This document shows, piece after piece, positions 27,117 to 38,204 of a DNA stretch of 64,000 nucleotides. The notes below the pieces were generated by a model. That model did not search any database, was not told the origin of the DNA, and saw nothing but the letters and a program-made list of their open reading frames with translations. Each line of letters opens with the position of its first letter. Positions within the stretch are counted from its first letter, which is position 1. Both the position numbers and the translations under genes were made by a program. Source of the DNA: an uncultured Gammaproteobacteria bacterium (GTDB lineage: Bacteria; Patescibacteriota; Patescibacteriia; UBA1558; GWA2-36-10); the NCBI GenBank assembly GCA_964638415.1, contig CAZWYP010000001.1, forward strand, positions 148,650-212,649, written 5' to 3'.

Positions 27117-28070
27117 TAAGCCAATAATCTTTTTAATAGTCTGGAGATTCTTATCAGCTATTTTCTGGGCCGCTTGGGCTCCTTCATTTAGAATTTTCAT
27201 TACCTTCTTAGGGTTAGCCTCGTACTCTTTTCTTTTTTCTCTACTTGGTTCTAAAAATTTGCAGATAGACTCGGTTAATTTTTTCTTTAAGTCGACGTTC
27301 ATCAATTTATTCTGCTGGAATAATTCAATCATAGCCTGGTGTTCATCCGGATCACCAAAATAAGAATAGAGCTCTAGTAGGTTTTTTACCCCCTGTTCGT
27401 CAGTAACCGCTTTTTTTATTTTACTCTCTACAGTTTTAGCATCATCTCGGACAGCGATATAGCTTGCTGCTCCCAAGCTTTTGCTCATTTTCTTGTCAGA
27501 CTGATTCAATGACATTACTCGCGGAGTAGGAGATAATACCGGCTTTACTTCCGAGAAATATTGTCTATAGCGGTTATTGAATTTGCGGGCGACAATTCTA
27601 GTTAATTCCAAATGTTGCACTTGATCTTCGCCAACCGGCACGAATTCTCCCTGGTAGAGCAGAACATCTGCTGCCTGTAGAGCGGGGTAAGTTAATAAGC
27701 CGGCATTGGTATTATTAGGACTGCGCTGGGCCATATCTTTGAATTGAGTCATTCTTTCCAGTTCCGCTACCGGCAGTAAACAGTTAAAAATCCAAGCTAA
27801 TTCAGCATGACCGACAATATCTGATTGGCGGAAGAAAATAGCTTCTTTGGGGTTAATTCCCAAGGATAATAGATCTATAGCTAAATTGGTGATTTGCCGG
27901 TTTAAGTCTTCAGGCTTAATTTCAATAGTTAAAGCATGCAAATCGGCAATAAAAAATAGGCATTTATATTGTCCGCTATTCTGTAAGTCAATCCAGTTTT
28001 TAATTGCTCCCAAGTAGTTTCCCAAATGCAATTCTCCAGTCGGCTTGATGCCGGAAATAAGTATTTTCAT
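27111..28070 (-). CDS. trpS: Tryptophanyl-tRNA synthetase
   Basis: HIGH-type motif TGELHLGNY, KMSKS motif (KKMSKSLG); 319 aa. Confidence 0.92.
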   Translation of the reverse strand: MKILISGIKPTGELHLGNYLGAIKNWIDLQNSGQYKCLFFIADLHALTIEIKPEDLNRQITNLAIDLLSLGINPKEAIFFRQSDIVGHAELAWIFNCLLPVAELERMTQFKDMAQRSPNNTNAGLLTYPALQAADVLLYQGEFVPVGEDQVQHLELTRIVARKFNNRYRQYFSEVKPVLSPTPRVMSLNQSDKKMSKSLGAASYIAVRDDAKTVESKIKKAVTDEQGVKNLLELYSYFGDPDEHQAMIELFQQNKLMNVDLKKKLTESICKFLEPSREKRKEYEANPKKVMKILNEGAQAAQKIADKNLQTIKKIIGLN

Positions 28071-28148
28071 AAAGTTAAATTATAACTATATTTTAGTTTT
28101 ATTCAGCGAAAAAATCAATCCCGTCCTTTTTAAAGACGGGATTTAATT

Positions 28149-29972
28149 TTAAACTTCAATGACTACCGGTAAGACCATTGGTCTTCGTTTAGTCTTTTGG
28201 AAAATAAACTGGCCGAGATTATTCCTTAATTTCTCCTTAATAAAAGTTTCATTGGAGCTGGTTTCTGTCTTGTTGTAATCGTTAATTATTTTCTTGACTT
28301 GCGAGCGAATGTCTTCTACTAACTTTTTGTTTTCTTTCATATAGATAAACCCGCGGGAAATAATATCCGGTGAAGCAACTAGATTGCCGGTTTTGCGGGA
28401 AGTGGTGGCAATAACTACTACCATGCCGTCTTCAGCCATCATCTGCCGATCGCGCAAAACTATATGGGAAACATCGCCGACTCCTAAGCCATCAACAAAA
28501 ACGTAATCGGTGGGAATTTTTTCATTAGTCAAAGCTCCACCTTGGGCAGTGAATTCAATCACTTGCCCATTATCCGGGACAAAGATATTCTTTTCTTTAA
28601 AGCCTTGATCTTTAGCTAGCTTGGCTGCTTCTTTCAGCATGTAGTGGTAAGCGTAGACGGGAACAAAATAATCCGGTCGGACGTTTTTCAGCATGTAAAT
28701 AATATCTTCTCTGGTGCCGTGTCCGGAGACATGAATATCCATCAGTTCGCCATGAATGACATTGTCGCATTGGCGGTATAAGCCATCCTTTAATTTTTGG
28801 ATAGTATTTTCATTGCCGGGAATAATAGAAGATGACAATATTACCGTATCGCTTTTCTTTAGTCTAATATTTTTATGCGAGCCAGTAATAATTCTGGACA
28901 ACACCGCATTGCCTTCGCCCTGGGCGCCGGTAGCGATAATAACTATTTTATTGTCCGGATATTTATGGACTTCTTCTACTTTAATGAAGGTCTCTTTTTT
29001 AGCCTTGATGTAGCCTAGTTGTTTGGAAATCTCCACATTCATTTTCATGCTGTAGCCGTCTAAGGCCACTTTTTTTCCTAAGCGTTCAGCAGTAGCAATA
29101 ATCCAGCCAACACGCTCAATCTGGGAAGAAAAGGTTCCAACGATTAATCTTCCTTTAGCAGTAGAAATTAATTTGTCTAAATTAGCTTTCATCTGGTCGC
29201 TGGTGGAACTTTTGCGCACATCGACAGCGCCCAAGCTTTCTAGCATCAAGACTGTGGGGCGGGGCAATTTAGCCAAATGGCTGTAATCGATCAGGGGCTG
29301 ACCTTTAGCATTTTTTTCCATAGTCCAATCCCCAGGATGCAGGACAGTAGCCACTGGTGTCTGTAAGATTACACCCACTGCGTCCATAATTGAGTGTTCA
29401 ATTTGGAAGAATTTAATGGTGAATTGTCCAAACTTAAATTGGTCGGTCAGCTTATGGACGGTAATGGTTTTTAGTTTAGCAGTGCTGCCTTTTTTATAGT
29501 CTTCCAGCTTGTGTTTGGTCATGGCCAAAGTTAATGGTCGTCCAACCACGGGTGGATAGTTTAATTTTTCCAGCAAGACTGGTGCCGCACCAATATGGTC
29601 TAAGTGGCCATGGGAGAGGATTACGGCACGGATATTTTTTTCTTTGCCTTTCAGGTAAGAAACATTGGGAATGATATAGTCAATGCCCGGCATGTCTTCG
29701 CCGGGAAATTGCAAACCCATGTCCAGCAGGACAATATCATTACCGTATTCAAAAAGAGTCATATTGCGGCCGACTTCTTCGCAGCCGCCTAAAGGAATGA
29801 TTCTTAACTTATTAGGTTTTGCTCCGCGATTGGCGGCAAAAAATGGCCGGCGCGGTTGATTATTAGGCATTGCCAATTTTTTAGGCAATGTTTTTATTGG
29901 TCTTGCCACTCTTCTTTTTAAGGGAGCAGTAGTGCCCAGCAACTTATCTGTTGCGTCTTTAAATTTTTTCAT
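28149..29972 (-). CDS. rnj: Ribonuclease J (metallo-beta-lactamase/beta-CASP)
   Basis: HGHLDHIGA zinc motif, beta-CASP and C-terminal domain; 607 aa with a basic N-terminal extension. Confidence 0.88.
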   Translation of the reverse strand: MKKFKDATDKLLGTTAPLKRRVARPIKTLPKKLAMPNNQPRRPFFAANRGAKPNKLRIIPLGGCEEVGRNMTLFEYGNDIVLLDMGLQFPGEDMPGIDYIIPNVSYLKGKEKNIRAVILSHGHLDHIGAAPVLLEKLNYPPVVGRPLTLAMTKHKLEDYKKGSTAKLKTITVHKLTDQFKFGQFTIKFFQIEHSIMDAVGVILQTPVATVLHPGDWTMEKNAKGQPLIDYSHLAKLPRPTVLMLESLGAVDVRKSSTSDQMKANLDKLISTAKGRLIVGTFSSQIERVGWIIATAERLGKKVALDGYSMKMNVEISKQLGYIKAKKETFIKVEEVHKYPDNKIVIIATGAQGEGNAVLSRIITGSHKNIRLKKSDTVILSSSIIPGNENTIQKLKDGLYRQCDNVIHGELMDIHVSGHGTREDIIYMLKNVRPDYFVPVYAYHYMLKEAAKLAKDQGFKEKNIFVPDNGQVIEFTAQGGALTNEKIPTDYVFVDGLGVGDVSHIVLRDRQMMAEDGMVVVIATTSRKTGNLVASPDIISRGFIYMKENKKLVEDIRSQVKKIINDYNKTETSSNETFIKEKLRNNLGQFIFQKTKRRPMVLPVVIEV

Positions 29973-30042
29973 AAATTAGTAATATTTTAATCTTCTTTAA
30001 GATTAAGTTAGCGTCTTAAACCAGTTAGTTTAAGACTATTGG

Positions 30043-31836
30043 TTAATTAGATAGTTGACGCTTGGTATTGATATACCAAGTGTTGATATTCACAAAGCGA
30101 TCGGCTGGCAAATTGATAAAATTCAACTCTCCTAAGCCCAGTATTTTTTTATCCAAAGGATAAATGTAAGTGGGATTGTAGAGGAAAATAGCAAAATGGT
30201 TAGCCAGCAGTTTGTTTTGAAAATTTTTCAAAGGTTCAATTTTTTCTTGATCAGTTTTAGCGGCTCTTATTTTCTCCAGAGCGGTATCAATATCCTTGTC
30301 GGATAAGATGCTTAAATTAAGTCCGGATCCTTGAGTTTGGCTGGAATGCCAGAACGGGTAAGGGCCGGAATTAATGTTAATTACCTGGCCGAATAATAAT
30401 ACTTGGTAAGCGCGGGGCTCGATGATGTCATTTTTAATCCGACTTTTAGCTACTATTTCCAATTCGGTTTTAATTCCAATATTCTCCCACGCCTCTTTAA
30501 TAAGGGAAACAGTTTTGACATTTTCCGGTTGATCTACCGTAGTAAGCTTAATGGTTAATTCTTGGTCAGACTGTTTGCGGTATTGGCTGCTGTGGTCTTC
30601 AGGAAAACTCCATTTTAATTTATCCAGTATTTCCGCCGCGGCTGTGGGGTCGTAATTAACGTCTTTAAGTTCAGGATCATAGCCTAGCATGTCTGGCAGA
30701 ATTGGAGTGTCGATTAACTGGCCGTCATTATCCAAAGCTTCAGTCAGGATGCGCTGTTTGTCGATCGCTAAAGCCAGCGCTTTGCGCAATTCCAGATTTT
30801 TTAGCAATTCGTTATTATTGGGATTGAAAAAGAGCGCGGTATATTGGGGGAAGCGCAGATTCTTTTGATCTATGTTTCTATTTTTAATTTCATCTTTGTA
30901 TTGGCGGGGGAGATAAACTAGGCCCTCAATATTTTTGTTTTCCAAAGCTGCAACGGCAGTTTCAAAATCCGGATAGAATTTAAATTGCAGCTCGTTAATA
31001 AATGGTCGGCCCTGGTAATATTTATCCCAGGCAGTTAGAACATAATTTTTAATGCTACCATTCTGATCCTTGGTTAAAGATTTAAATTGGTAAGGACCGG
31101 AGCCAATTGGTTTTTTATTTATTTCCGCTAAGTCAGCGCCAAAAGCCGGAATGCTGTACCACAAGTGTTCAGGAATAATGCCGACAGTTAGGATAGAAAG
31201 AAAAGGAGCAAATGGTTCTAACAGGGTAAATTGAACAGTTTTTTCATTTAGCTCTTTTACTTGCACTCCATTGAAACTAGCGCGCAAGGGGCTTTTGAAA
31301 TCCGGATCCTTAATGCGGTTAATGGTAAACACCACATCATCCGCCAGTAATTTTTCCCCATCATGCCAGTAAATTTCATCCTTAAGCTCAAAGGTATATA
31401 CCTTTTGTTCAGCATCAATGGTATAGCCAGCGGCTAAATCTGGAGCAATATTGCCCTGTTCGTCAATTTTGACTAAGCCGGAAAATACTAATTTTACTAA
31501 ATCGCGGTCAACATCGGAAGTGGCCAAGATTGGATTAATGAAATTAGGGGAGCCAACTAATCCTTCGGTATAGCTGCCGCCAAAGCTTGGTGCTACTGCA
31601 GAATTGCGCAGCCACCATTGCCAAGTAATGCCGGCCAAGGAAAATACTAAGATGATTATGGCGACTAAAGCCTGAATTTTTTCCTGTTTAGTCAAAACTT
31701 CGGAGATTTTTTTTAACTGTTGCCAGTTAGGAAACTTCTTTTTGTTTAATTGCCAGATTAATTGCTTGTTGATGTCTATCTGCTGATCGGCGGAAGGAGG
31801 ATTAGTTTTTTTAAATAAAGTTAAAATCGGCACCAA
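30043..31836 (-). CDS. ABC transporter substrate-binding protein, family 5 (Opp/Dpp-like), with an N-terminal TM anchor; no cognate permease/ATPase genes nearby
   Basis: SBP_bac_5 architecture plus a hydrophobic anchor helix. Confidence 0.75.
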   Translation of the reverse strand: MVPILTLFKKTNPPSADQQIDINKQLIWQLNKKKFPNWQQLKKISEVLTKQEKIQALVAIIILVFSLAGITWQWWLRNSAVAPSFGGSYTEGLVGSPNFINPILATSDVDRDLVKLVFSGLVKIDEQGNIAPDLAAGYTIDAEQKVYTFELKDEIYWHDGEKLLADDVVFTINRIKDPDFKSPLRASFNGVQVKELNEKTVQFTLLEPFAPFLSILTVGIIPEHLWYSIPAFGADLAEINKKPIGSGPYQFKSLTKDQNGSIKNYVLTAWDKYYQGRPFINELQFKFYPDFETAVAALENKNIEGLVYLPRQYKDEIKNRNIDQKNLRFPQYTALFFNPNNNELLKNLELRKALALAIDKQRILTEALDNDGQLIDTPILPDMLGYDPELKDVNYDPTAAAEILDKLKWSFPEDHSSQYRKQSDQELTIKLTTVDQPENVKTVSLIKEAWENIGIKTELEIVAKSRIKNDIIEPRAYQVLLFGQVININSGPYPFWHSSQTQGSGLNLSILSDKDIDTALEKIRAAKTDQEKIEPLKNFQNKLLANHFAIFLYNPTYIYPLDKKILGLGELNFINLPADRFVNINTWYINTKRQLSN

Positions 31837-31932
31837 AACAATTCGGGTGTATTTTTTTAAGTTGGTTGCTAAAAACCCAGTTATTTTAGACAGTAACTGT
31901 ATAATCTTATTCGTTAATTATTATATTGTCTT

Positions 31933-32151
31933 TTAGCTAAGGAAAATATTAGCTAAAGCGGACAGTAAGAAGAGAATAGAAAAGATAATAGTCAAACGAA
32001 AAATGGTTTTTTCCGCGCCTCGTTTAGTGCGGTAAACAGTGCTTTCGCCGCCAAAAGCCGCGCCTAAGCCGGAACCTTTCTGCTGGATAAGTACTAAGAC
32101 TATCAGAATAACTGAAATAGCTATCTGAACGATATATAAGGTATTTTGCAT
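31933..32151 (-). CDS. secG: Preprotein translocase subunit SecG
   Basis: 72 aa, two TM helices, glycine-rich GSGLGAAFGG loop. Confidence 0.85.
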   Translation of the reverse strand: MQNTLYIVQIAISVILIVLVLIQQKGSGLGAAFGGESTVYRTKRGAEKTIFRLTIIFSILFLLSALANIFLS

Positions 32152-32202
32152 ATTGTTTACGTTGAATAACTTTAAATATACTAGCAGGAATTATTAACTT
32201 TG

Positions 32203-33753
32203 TCAACCTTGTTTAAATTCTGCTCGATGTTTACGCCGATAGTTTTTAATGCCAAATTTATGAGCCTGGTTACGCATATGCTGTAGTAATAGGGAAATCG
32301 GGTCAGTTTTAGGTATCCTTAATGGCTGGGATTTCTTTGGTAAAAAGATCTCTTCTTCCCGCTTAGCTAAAGCAATTACTTTTTGTTTCCATTCTTTGCT
32401 AAGAATAGGATAAACAGTATTTAACTGCGGCTTGCCCCCATCTAAGACTATTAAGTCAGGTGTCGGCCAGTCCTGATGCTGCTGTCTTCTCTGTAATACT
32501 TGTTTCATCATTGCTACGTCATTAGGCTCGGTAAAGCCCCGGATTTTAAATAGCCGGTACTGGTCAGCGGCAATCTGCCCGTCAATAAACACCACTAAAG
32601 AGCCGTAAGCAAATTGGCCCTGGATATTGGAGATGTCATAAATTTCCACCCTAGCAGGAAAAGAATCAAGCTTTAGTAGTTTTTGCAAAGCTAGCAATTT
32701 ATCTAATTGTGGATTAAGGGTATTTTTATGCAGATTGTCTTCAGCATTTTTTTTAAGCAAAGCCAACAGCTGTTTATTCTTACCTATTTTAGGCAAGGAG
32801 ATTTTAATGGCTGGTAAATTTAATTTAATCTTAAGGGGAGTAATAATAGTCTTGGGCAAGTCTATTTGCCGGCTGTAATATTGCTCAAGGGCATTGGTTA
32901 AGATTTCTTCAGTGGCCAGCTTTAATTTATTGGTTAAGCGCAAAATAAATTTGTCTCCCAAGATTCCTTGGCGGATTTTCATCAAAATCACCACCGCCTG
33001 ATCTTGGAAAGCGGCAATATTAACTAAGTCCTGGTTTAACTTAGTCGGTCCAATAATCTTCTGTTTATTTTTTAGTTTAATCAAAGCTTCCAGTTGGTCT
33101 TTCTTGATTTGGGCTAATTCGAAATTGCGTTCATTACTAGCCTGCTTTATTTTTTTAAGCAATTCTTGCTCCAAAGACTGCGTATCTCCGCGGATTATTC
33201 TAATCGCTTGCTTAACTATTTTTTGGTATTCAGTTGGATTGTTTAATTCTTGGTTAAGGCCCAATCTCTGGTAGCTTAAATTCTGACTACCGCGTTTAAG
33301 AGGGAGAATGCGGTTAAGCAATTTGACTAAATTACGGGCGGCTAAAGTGGAGGAATAAGGGCCGAAATACTGGCCTTGGTATTTTTTCCGGCCATGGGCC
33401 ACTTTTAATTGCGGAAAGTCTTCCTTAGTCAGTACGATATATCCCCAGTTTTTGTCATCCTTTAAGACAATATTATATTTTGGCTGGTGTTTTTTTATCT
33501 GAGTTGCTTCCAGTAACAAGCTTTCCCATTCATTATCTACTATGGTGTATTGGATTTTAGCCACTTCCAAAATCATCTGTTGTTTAGCGGCTGTTAATTG
33601 ATTACTCTTGCTCCAGTAGGAAGCTACTCGTTTCTGCAGATTTTTAGCTTTGCCGATATAAATAATTTCTTCCTGCTGGTTTAGGAAAAAATAAATGCCG
33701 GGCTGACTGGGGATTTTATTAAGATTAAGCTTCATGAGATTATCATAGAGCAA
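32203..33753 (-). CDS. uvrC: Excinuclease ABC subunit C (GIY-YIG N-terminus, UvrBC-interacting region, RNase H-like endonuclease domain); appears to lack the C-terminal (HhH)2 tail
   Basis: PGIYFFLNQQEEIIYIGKAKNLQKRVASY GIY-YIG motif; 516 aa. Confidence 0.8.
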   Translation of the reverse strand: MLYDNLMKLNLNKIPSQPGIYFFLNQQEEIIYIGKAKNLQKRVASYWSKSNQLTAAKQQMILEVAKIQYTIVDNEWESLLLEATQIKKHQPKYNIVLKDDKNWGYIVLTKEDFPQLKVAHGRKKYQGQYFGPYSSTLAARNLVKLLNRILPLKRGSQNLSYQRLGLNQELNNPTEYQKIVKQAIRIIRGDTQSLEQELLKKIKQASNERNFELAQIKKDQLEALIKLKNKQKIIGPTKLNQDLVNIAAFQDQAVVILMKIRQGILGDKFILRLTNKLKLATEEILTNALEQYYSRQIDLPKTIITPLKIKLNLPAIKISLPKIGKNKQLLALLKKNAEDNLHKNTLNPQLDKLLALQKLLKLDSFPARVEIYDISNIQGQFAYGSLVVFIDGQIAADQYRLFKIRGFTEPNDVAMMKQVLQRRQQHQDWPTPDLIVLDGGKPQLNTVYPILSKEWKQKVIALAKREEEIFLPKKSQPLRIPKTDPISLLLQHMRNQAHKFGIKNYRRKHRAEFKQG

Positions 33754-33837
33754 AATTATACAATTGACAATTTGTCTCTTTCATGGTAATCTTCCTTAAT
33801 TAAATTGTTCTGTCAAATTTTTTCCAGAAGGAGAATT

Positions 33838-34194
33838 ATGGCTAATGAGAATGGTAAATCCAAAACGCCTTATGGCATAGTCCAAGGTGAGCCAACTATG
33901 GATTTTTCTTGTCCATACGAAGGCTGCGGTTGTAATAAGCCGCATAATACCAGACAAGAGCTTGACCGAATTGATGTTCGTCGTCAATGCGCAACGCCAG
34001 GCTGTCTGGAGACATTTTACGGGGACACTTGCCACCGGTGCCATGGCGCAGCTGGCGCTACCGTTAAGATTGAGATTTTCAAGACCGTGAAGACCTGCTC
34101 CGGTTGTGGTCAAGATTTTGAAATCACTCCGTGTTTCGAAATGCCTATCCCTTATCGAGGGAAGGGAGCTACTGCTAATGCTAACGCGGCTTGA
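33838..34194 (+). CDS. Small Cys-rich (probably zinc-ribbon) protein, GC-rich (CPYEGCGC, CATPGC, CHRCHG, CSGCG)
   Basis: ORF 33805-34194, trimmed to ATG 33838 preceded by AAGGAGAATT; followed by terminator CCGCCTGTCTGAA...TTAGGCAGGCGG with a T-run (34196-34250). Confidence 0.55.
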   Translation: MANENGKSKTPYGIVQGEPTMDFSCPYEGCGCNKPHNTRQELDRIDVRRQCATPGCLETFYGDTCHRCHGAAGATVKIEIFKTVKTCSGCGQDFEITPCFEMPIPYRGKGATANANAA

Positions 34195-34316
34195 CCAAGA
34201 TCCGCCTGTCTGAATTTTCGCTCAGCGAAGTTTAGGCAGGCGGTTTTTCTTTAATCATTGACAGCTCTGTTTTTTCATGGTATCCTTTCCAAGATTATAT
34301 TTATTAAAATAAAAAG

Positions 34317-37169
34317 ATGTCTAAATTCATAACGATCAAAGGCGCTCGAGTCCATAATCTCAAGAATATTGATGTTAAGATTCCGCGGGATAAACTGGTA
34401 GTAATTACTGGCTTATCTGGTTCCGGAAAATCATCTCTGGCCTTTGACACTATTTACGCTGAAGGCCAGCGTCGTTATGTAGAATCACTGTCGGCTTATG
34501 CCCGGCAGTTTTTAGGTTTAATGGATAAGCCGGATGTTGATCAAATTGACGGTTTGTCGCCAGCTATTTCCATTGACCAGCGAACTTCTTCCCGCAATCC
34601 GCGCTCTACTGTCGGTACCGTGACGGAAATCTATGATTATCTCCGATTATTATATGCTCGTATTGGCTTGCCCCATTGTCATATCTGTGGAAGTGAAGTA
34701 GTCCACCAATCTTTGCAGCAGATGGCGGAAAAAATTTGGGCCTTGCCGGCTGATACTGATTTCATGCTCTTAGCCCCAATGGTGCGTGACAAAAAAGGCG
34801 AGCATAAAAAAGCTATGGAGCGAGTGAAGATTGCCGGTTATCGTCGCGTGCGTTTGGATGGTGAATTAATGACTTTTGAGGAATTTGAAGCGCAGGAAAT
34901 AGACAAACAGAAGAAGCATACTATTGAAGTAGTGGTAGATCGGCTGCGCCAGGATGGCAGTCGGGAGACTAAAGCCAGGCTTTTGCAGTCCTTGGAAACT
35001 GCTTTGGATTTAGGTAATGGCTATATCACCATCCACACCCCTAAAGATGGTAAGGATTATAATTTCAGCGAGCACTTTACCTGTCCTAATCATGCGGAAG
35101 TAAGCTTTCCGGAAATCGAAGCGCGCAGCTTTTCTTTCAATAGTCCGCATGGCGCCTGTCCCACTTGTACCGGTTTAGGAACCAAGCTTTTGGTTGATCA
35201 GGATTTAGTTATTCCCAACAAAAAATTATCTTTAGCTGAAGGAGCAATTCGCCCCTGGTCACGGACCGCTGCTAATCAGACTTGGTATTATCGGATTTTG
35301 GAAGCAGTAGCCAAGAAGAATAAATTTTCCACTCGGCTGCCGGTAGAAAAATTAACCAAGAAGCAGCTGGATATTATTTTATTTGGCACTGGCGATGAGC
35401 GCTATAATTTAGAATTCTCGGGAGAGAAGTTTTCCGGAGATTACAAAACCACTTTTGAGGGAGTCATTCCTAATTTAGAGAGGCGTTACCGCGAGACAGA
35501 TTCCGATTATATCCGTTCGGAAATTGAGCGGTATATGCGCATTACTCCTTGCGAATCCTGCCAGGGAAAAAGGCTGAAGCCGGAAGTTTTAAGCATTACG
35601 GTAGCTAGCAAGAATATTGCCGAAGTAAGTGCCTTGACTATTGCTGACTTAAAAACTTTTTTTGCCGATATCGATAAAAAGCTTTCCGATCGGGAATTGC
35701 TAATCGTCCGTCAGGTATTAAAAGAAGTTAGAGAGCGCTTAAGCTTCCTGCATAATGTCGGCTTGAATTATCTGACTTTAGACAGATCAGCCAGCACTTT
35801 GTCTGGTGGCGAAGCGCAGCGCATTCGTTTGGCTACTCAGATCGGCTCTTCTTTAATGGGAGTCTTATATATCTTAGATGAGCCGTCAATCGGTTTGCAT
35901 CAGCGGGACAATGCCCGGTTAATTGAAACTCTGAAGAATCTCCGAGATTTAGGTAATACCGTTATTGTCGTCGAGCATGATGAGGAGACTATTTTGGAAG
36001 CGGATCATGTTATTGACATTGGTCCGGGCGCCGGCAAGCATGGCGGCGAGATTATTGCCGAAGGCACCCCGGAAGCGATTAAGAAAAATAAGAAATCTTT
36101 GACTGGCAAGTATTTATCCGGCGCTCTAGCTATTCCTATTCCTAAAAAATACCGCCAAGGCAATGGTAAGAAGCTATCTATTCTTGGCGCATCCGCTTTT
36201 AATTTGAAAGATATTGATGTGCATTTTCCCTTAGGCAAGTTTATCAGCATCACTGGAGTTTCTGGCTCCGGCAAATCTACTTTGATGACCGAGATTTTAG
36301 CCAAAGCCTTAACTCAGCATTTCTATCGGTCAAAAGATGCTCCCGCCGAGCATAAGGAAATTAAAGGCTTAGAGCATATCGACAAAGTAATTGATATTGA
36401 CCAGTCGCCGATCGGCCGCACGCCCCGCTCTAATCCCGCCACTTATACTGGTGTCTTTACCTATATCCGTGATTTATTCGCTGAATTGCCGGAAGCTAAA
36501 ATCCGCGGCTACAAAGCCGGACGCTTTAGCTTCAATGTCAAAGGCGGAAGATGCGAAGCCTGTCAGGGAGATGGCGTAGTGAAGATTGAAATGAATTTCC
36601 TGCCCAATGTTTATGTGGAATGCGAGGAGTGTAAAGGTAAGCGCTATAATAATGAAGCACTGGAGATCCATTACAAAGGCAAGGATATTGCCGAGGTATT
36701 AAAAATGACTGCGGAAGAAGCCATGAACTTCTTTAACAACATTCCCAATATTTACAGCAAGCTGAAAACTTTGGTTGATGTAGGTTTAGGCTATGTGCAA
36801 TTAGGACAGCCGGCAACGACTTTATCCGGCGGTGAAGCGCAGCGCATTAAGCTGGCTACGGAATTATCCCGCCGCTCATCCGGCAAGACTTTGTATATTC
36901 TGGATGAGCCGACTACCGGTTTGCATTTTGACGACGTCAAAAGATTATTGGAGGTTCTCCATCGCTTGGTAGATAAAGGCAATACCGTTTTGGTTATTGA
37001 GCATAACTTAGATGTTATTAAAAGCTCGGACTGGGTGATTGACTTGGGTCCGGAAGGCGGACAGCTGGGTGGTTATTTATTGGCCGCCGGCACGCCCAGA
37101 GAAGTAGCTAAAGAAAAGAAAAGCTATACCGGACAGTATCTGGCTAAGATTTTTGCCAGCAACAAGTAA
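34317..37169 (+). CDS. uvrA: Excinuclease ABC subunit A
   Basis: Two ABC ATPase modules ([21 protein letters not shown]), zinc-finger Cys clusters, signature LSGGEAQR twice; 950 aa. Confidence 0.95.
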   Translation: MSKFITIKGARVHNLKNIDVKIPRDKLVVITGLSGSGKSSLAFDTIYAEGQRRYVESLSAYARQFLGLMDKPDVDQIDGLSPAISIDQRTSSRNPRSTVGTVTEIYDYLRLLYARIGLPHCHICGSEVVHQSLQQMAEKIWALPADTDFMLLAPMVRDKKGEHKKAMERVKIAGYRRVRLDGELMTFEEFEAQEIDKQKKHTIEVVVDRLRQDGSRETKARLLQSLETALDLGNGYITIHTPKDGKDYNFSEHFTCPNHAEVSFPEIEARSFSFNSPHGACPTCTGLGTKLLVDQDLVIPNKKLSLAEGAIRPWSRTAANQTWYYRILEAVAKKNKFSTRLPVEKLTKKQLDIILFGTGDERYNLEFSGEKFSGDYKTTFEGVIPNLERRYRETDSDYIRSEIERYMRITPCESCQGKRLKPEVLSITVASKNIAEVSALTIADLKTFFADIDKKLSDRELLIVRQVLKEVRERLSFLHNVGLNYLTLDRSASTLSGGEAQRIRLATQIGSSLMGVLYILDEPSIGLHQRDNARLIETLKNLRDLGNTVIVVEHDEETILEADHVIDIGPGAGKHGGEIIAEGTPEAIKKNKKSLTGKYLSGALAIPIPKKYRQGNGKKLSILGASAFNLKDIDVHFPLGKFISITGVSGSGKSTLMTEILAKALTQHFYRSKDAPAEHKEIKGLEHIDKVIDIDQSPIGRTPRSNPATYTGVFTYIRDLFAELPEAKIRGYKAGRFSFNVKGGRCEACQGDGVVKIEMNFLPNVYVECEECKGKRYNNEALEIHYKGKDIAEVLKMTAEEAMNFFNNIPNIYSKLKTLVDVGLGYVQLGQPATTLSGGEAQRIKLATELSRRSSGKTLYILDEPTTGLHFDDVKRLLEVLHRLVDKGNTVLVIEHNLDVIKSSDWVIDLGPEGGQLGGYLLAAGTPREVAKEKKSYTGQYLAKIFASNK

Positions 37170-37244
37170 AATAAATTAACTCTGTCTTAGTGACGGAGTT
37201 TTTTATTTGCCAAAAAGATTTTATCGGCTTAAGATAAAGGTAAT

Positions 37245-38204
37245 ATGCCTAATCCCTTGGAACAATCCATTATTAAAACTCTAGCTTTTTTTGATATTTT
37301 CAATTATCCGCTGACTTTAACGGAGCTTTGGAAATGGTTGTATCGTCCGGGTACTGGCCGGCAGCCAGTCAGCTTGTCTGAGTTGAAAGAAATACTTGCT
37401 ACCAGCCAGTGGCTGAAAGAAAAAGTAGTTCAAGTGGAAGGCTTCTATGCTTTAGTCGGACGGGAAGCGAGTTATTTAATCCGCAAGCGGCATAATAATC
37501 TAGCGGAGCATAAGTTTGATTTGGCAGTCCGGCTGATTAAGATTTACCGTTATCTGCCGTTTATTAAAATGATTGCCGTTTGTAATAGCTTGGCGTATAG
37601 CAATACCCGGGAAGAAAGCGATATAGATTTATTCATTATTACCGCCAGAGGAAAACTTTGGCTGGTTCGTCTGCTGACTATTGCGGTGGTTAAGATTTTG
37701 CATTTGCGTCCCCAGCCGGATCACAGCCGTGATACTTTCTGTTTGAGTTTTTTTATTGATGAAGATTATTTGAACATCAAAGACGTGATGATTACCTCTC
37801 AGACTGATGTTTATTACCCTTACTGGCTGGAGCAGGTATTGCCGATTTATGACCAAGATAATACTTATGCCAAATTTTTAGCAGCTAATGACTGGTGTCA
37901 GGATTATCTGCCCAATGGCCTGCCTAACCAATTCGTGCATGAAGTTAAAGACAATATTTTTTCCCGTTTAATTAAAAGCATCTTAGGTTTTATTTTCTCG
38001 CCGCCTTTATTAAATCATTGGCTGGATAATGTTTACCGCCGTCTGCAGACTAGGATCATTGACCGCAACTTGCATGAATTAGTCAATCTGGATACGCGGG
38101 TAGTAATTAATGAGCGGATGCTGAAATTCCACCAAAATGACCGCCGGGAAGTTTTTTCCAAAAAATGGCGGGAAAAAACCAGACAATTATTAGGGCAAGA
38201 ATGA
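37245..38204 (+). CDS. Hypothetical protein with a minimal nucleotidyltransferase-fold signature (NSLAYSNTREESDIDLFIIT)
   Basis: GS...DxD-like polymerase-beta nucleotidyltransferase motif. Confidence 0.5.
   Translation: MPNPLEQSIIKTLAFFDIFNYPLTLTELWKWLYRPGTGRQPVSLSELKEILATSQWLKEKVVQVEGFYALVGREASYLIRKRHNNLAEHKFDLAVRLIKIYRYLPFIKMIAVCNSLAYSNTREESDIDLFIITARGKLWLVRLLTIAVVKILHLRPQPDHSRDTFCLSFFIDEDYLNIKDVMITSQTDVYYPYWLEQVLPIYDQDNTYAKFLAANDWCQDYLPNGLPNQFVHEVKDNIFSRLIKSILGFIFSPPLLNHWLDNVYRRLQTRIIDRNLHELVNLDTRVVINERMLKFHQNDRREVFSKKWREKTRQLLGQE

Noticed and set aside
32024-32206. 60-aa ORF overlapping secG
   Set aside because: It shares sequence with secG in another frame and lies in the uvrC-secG junction with no signals.
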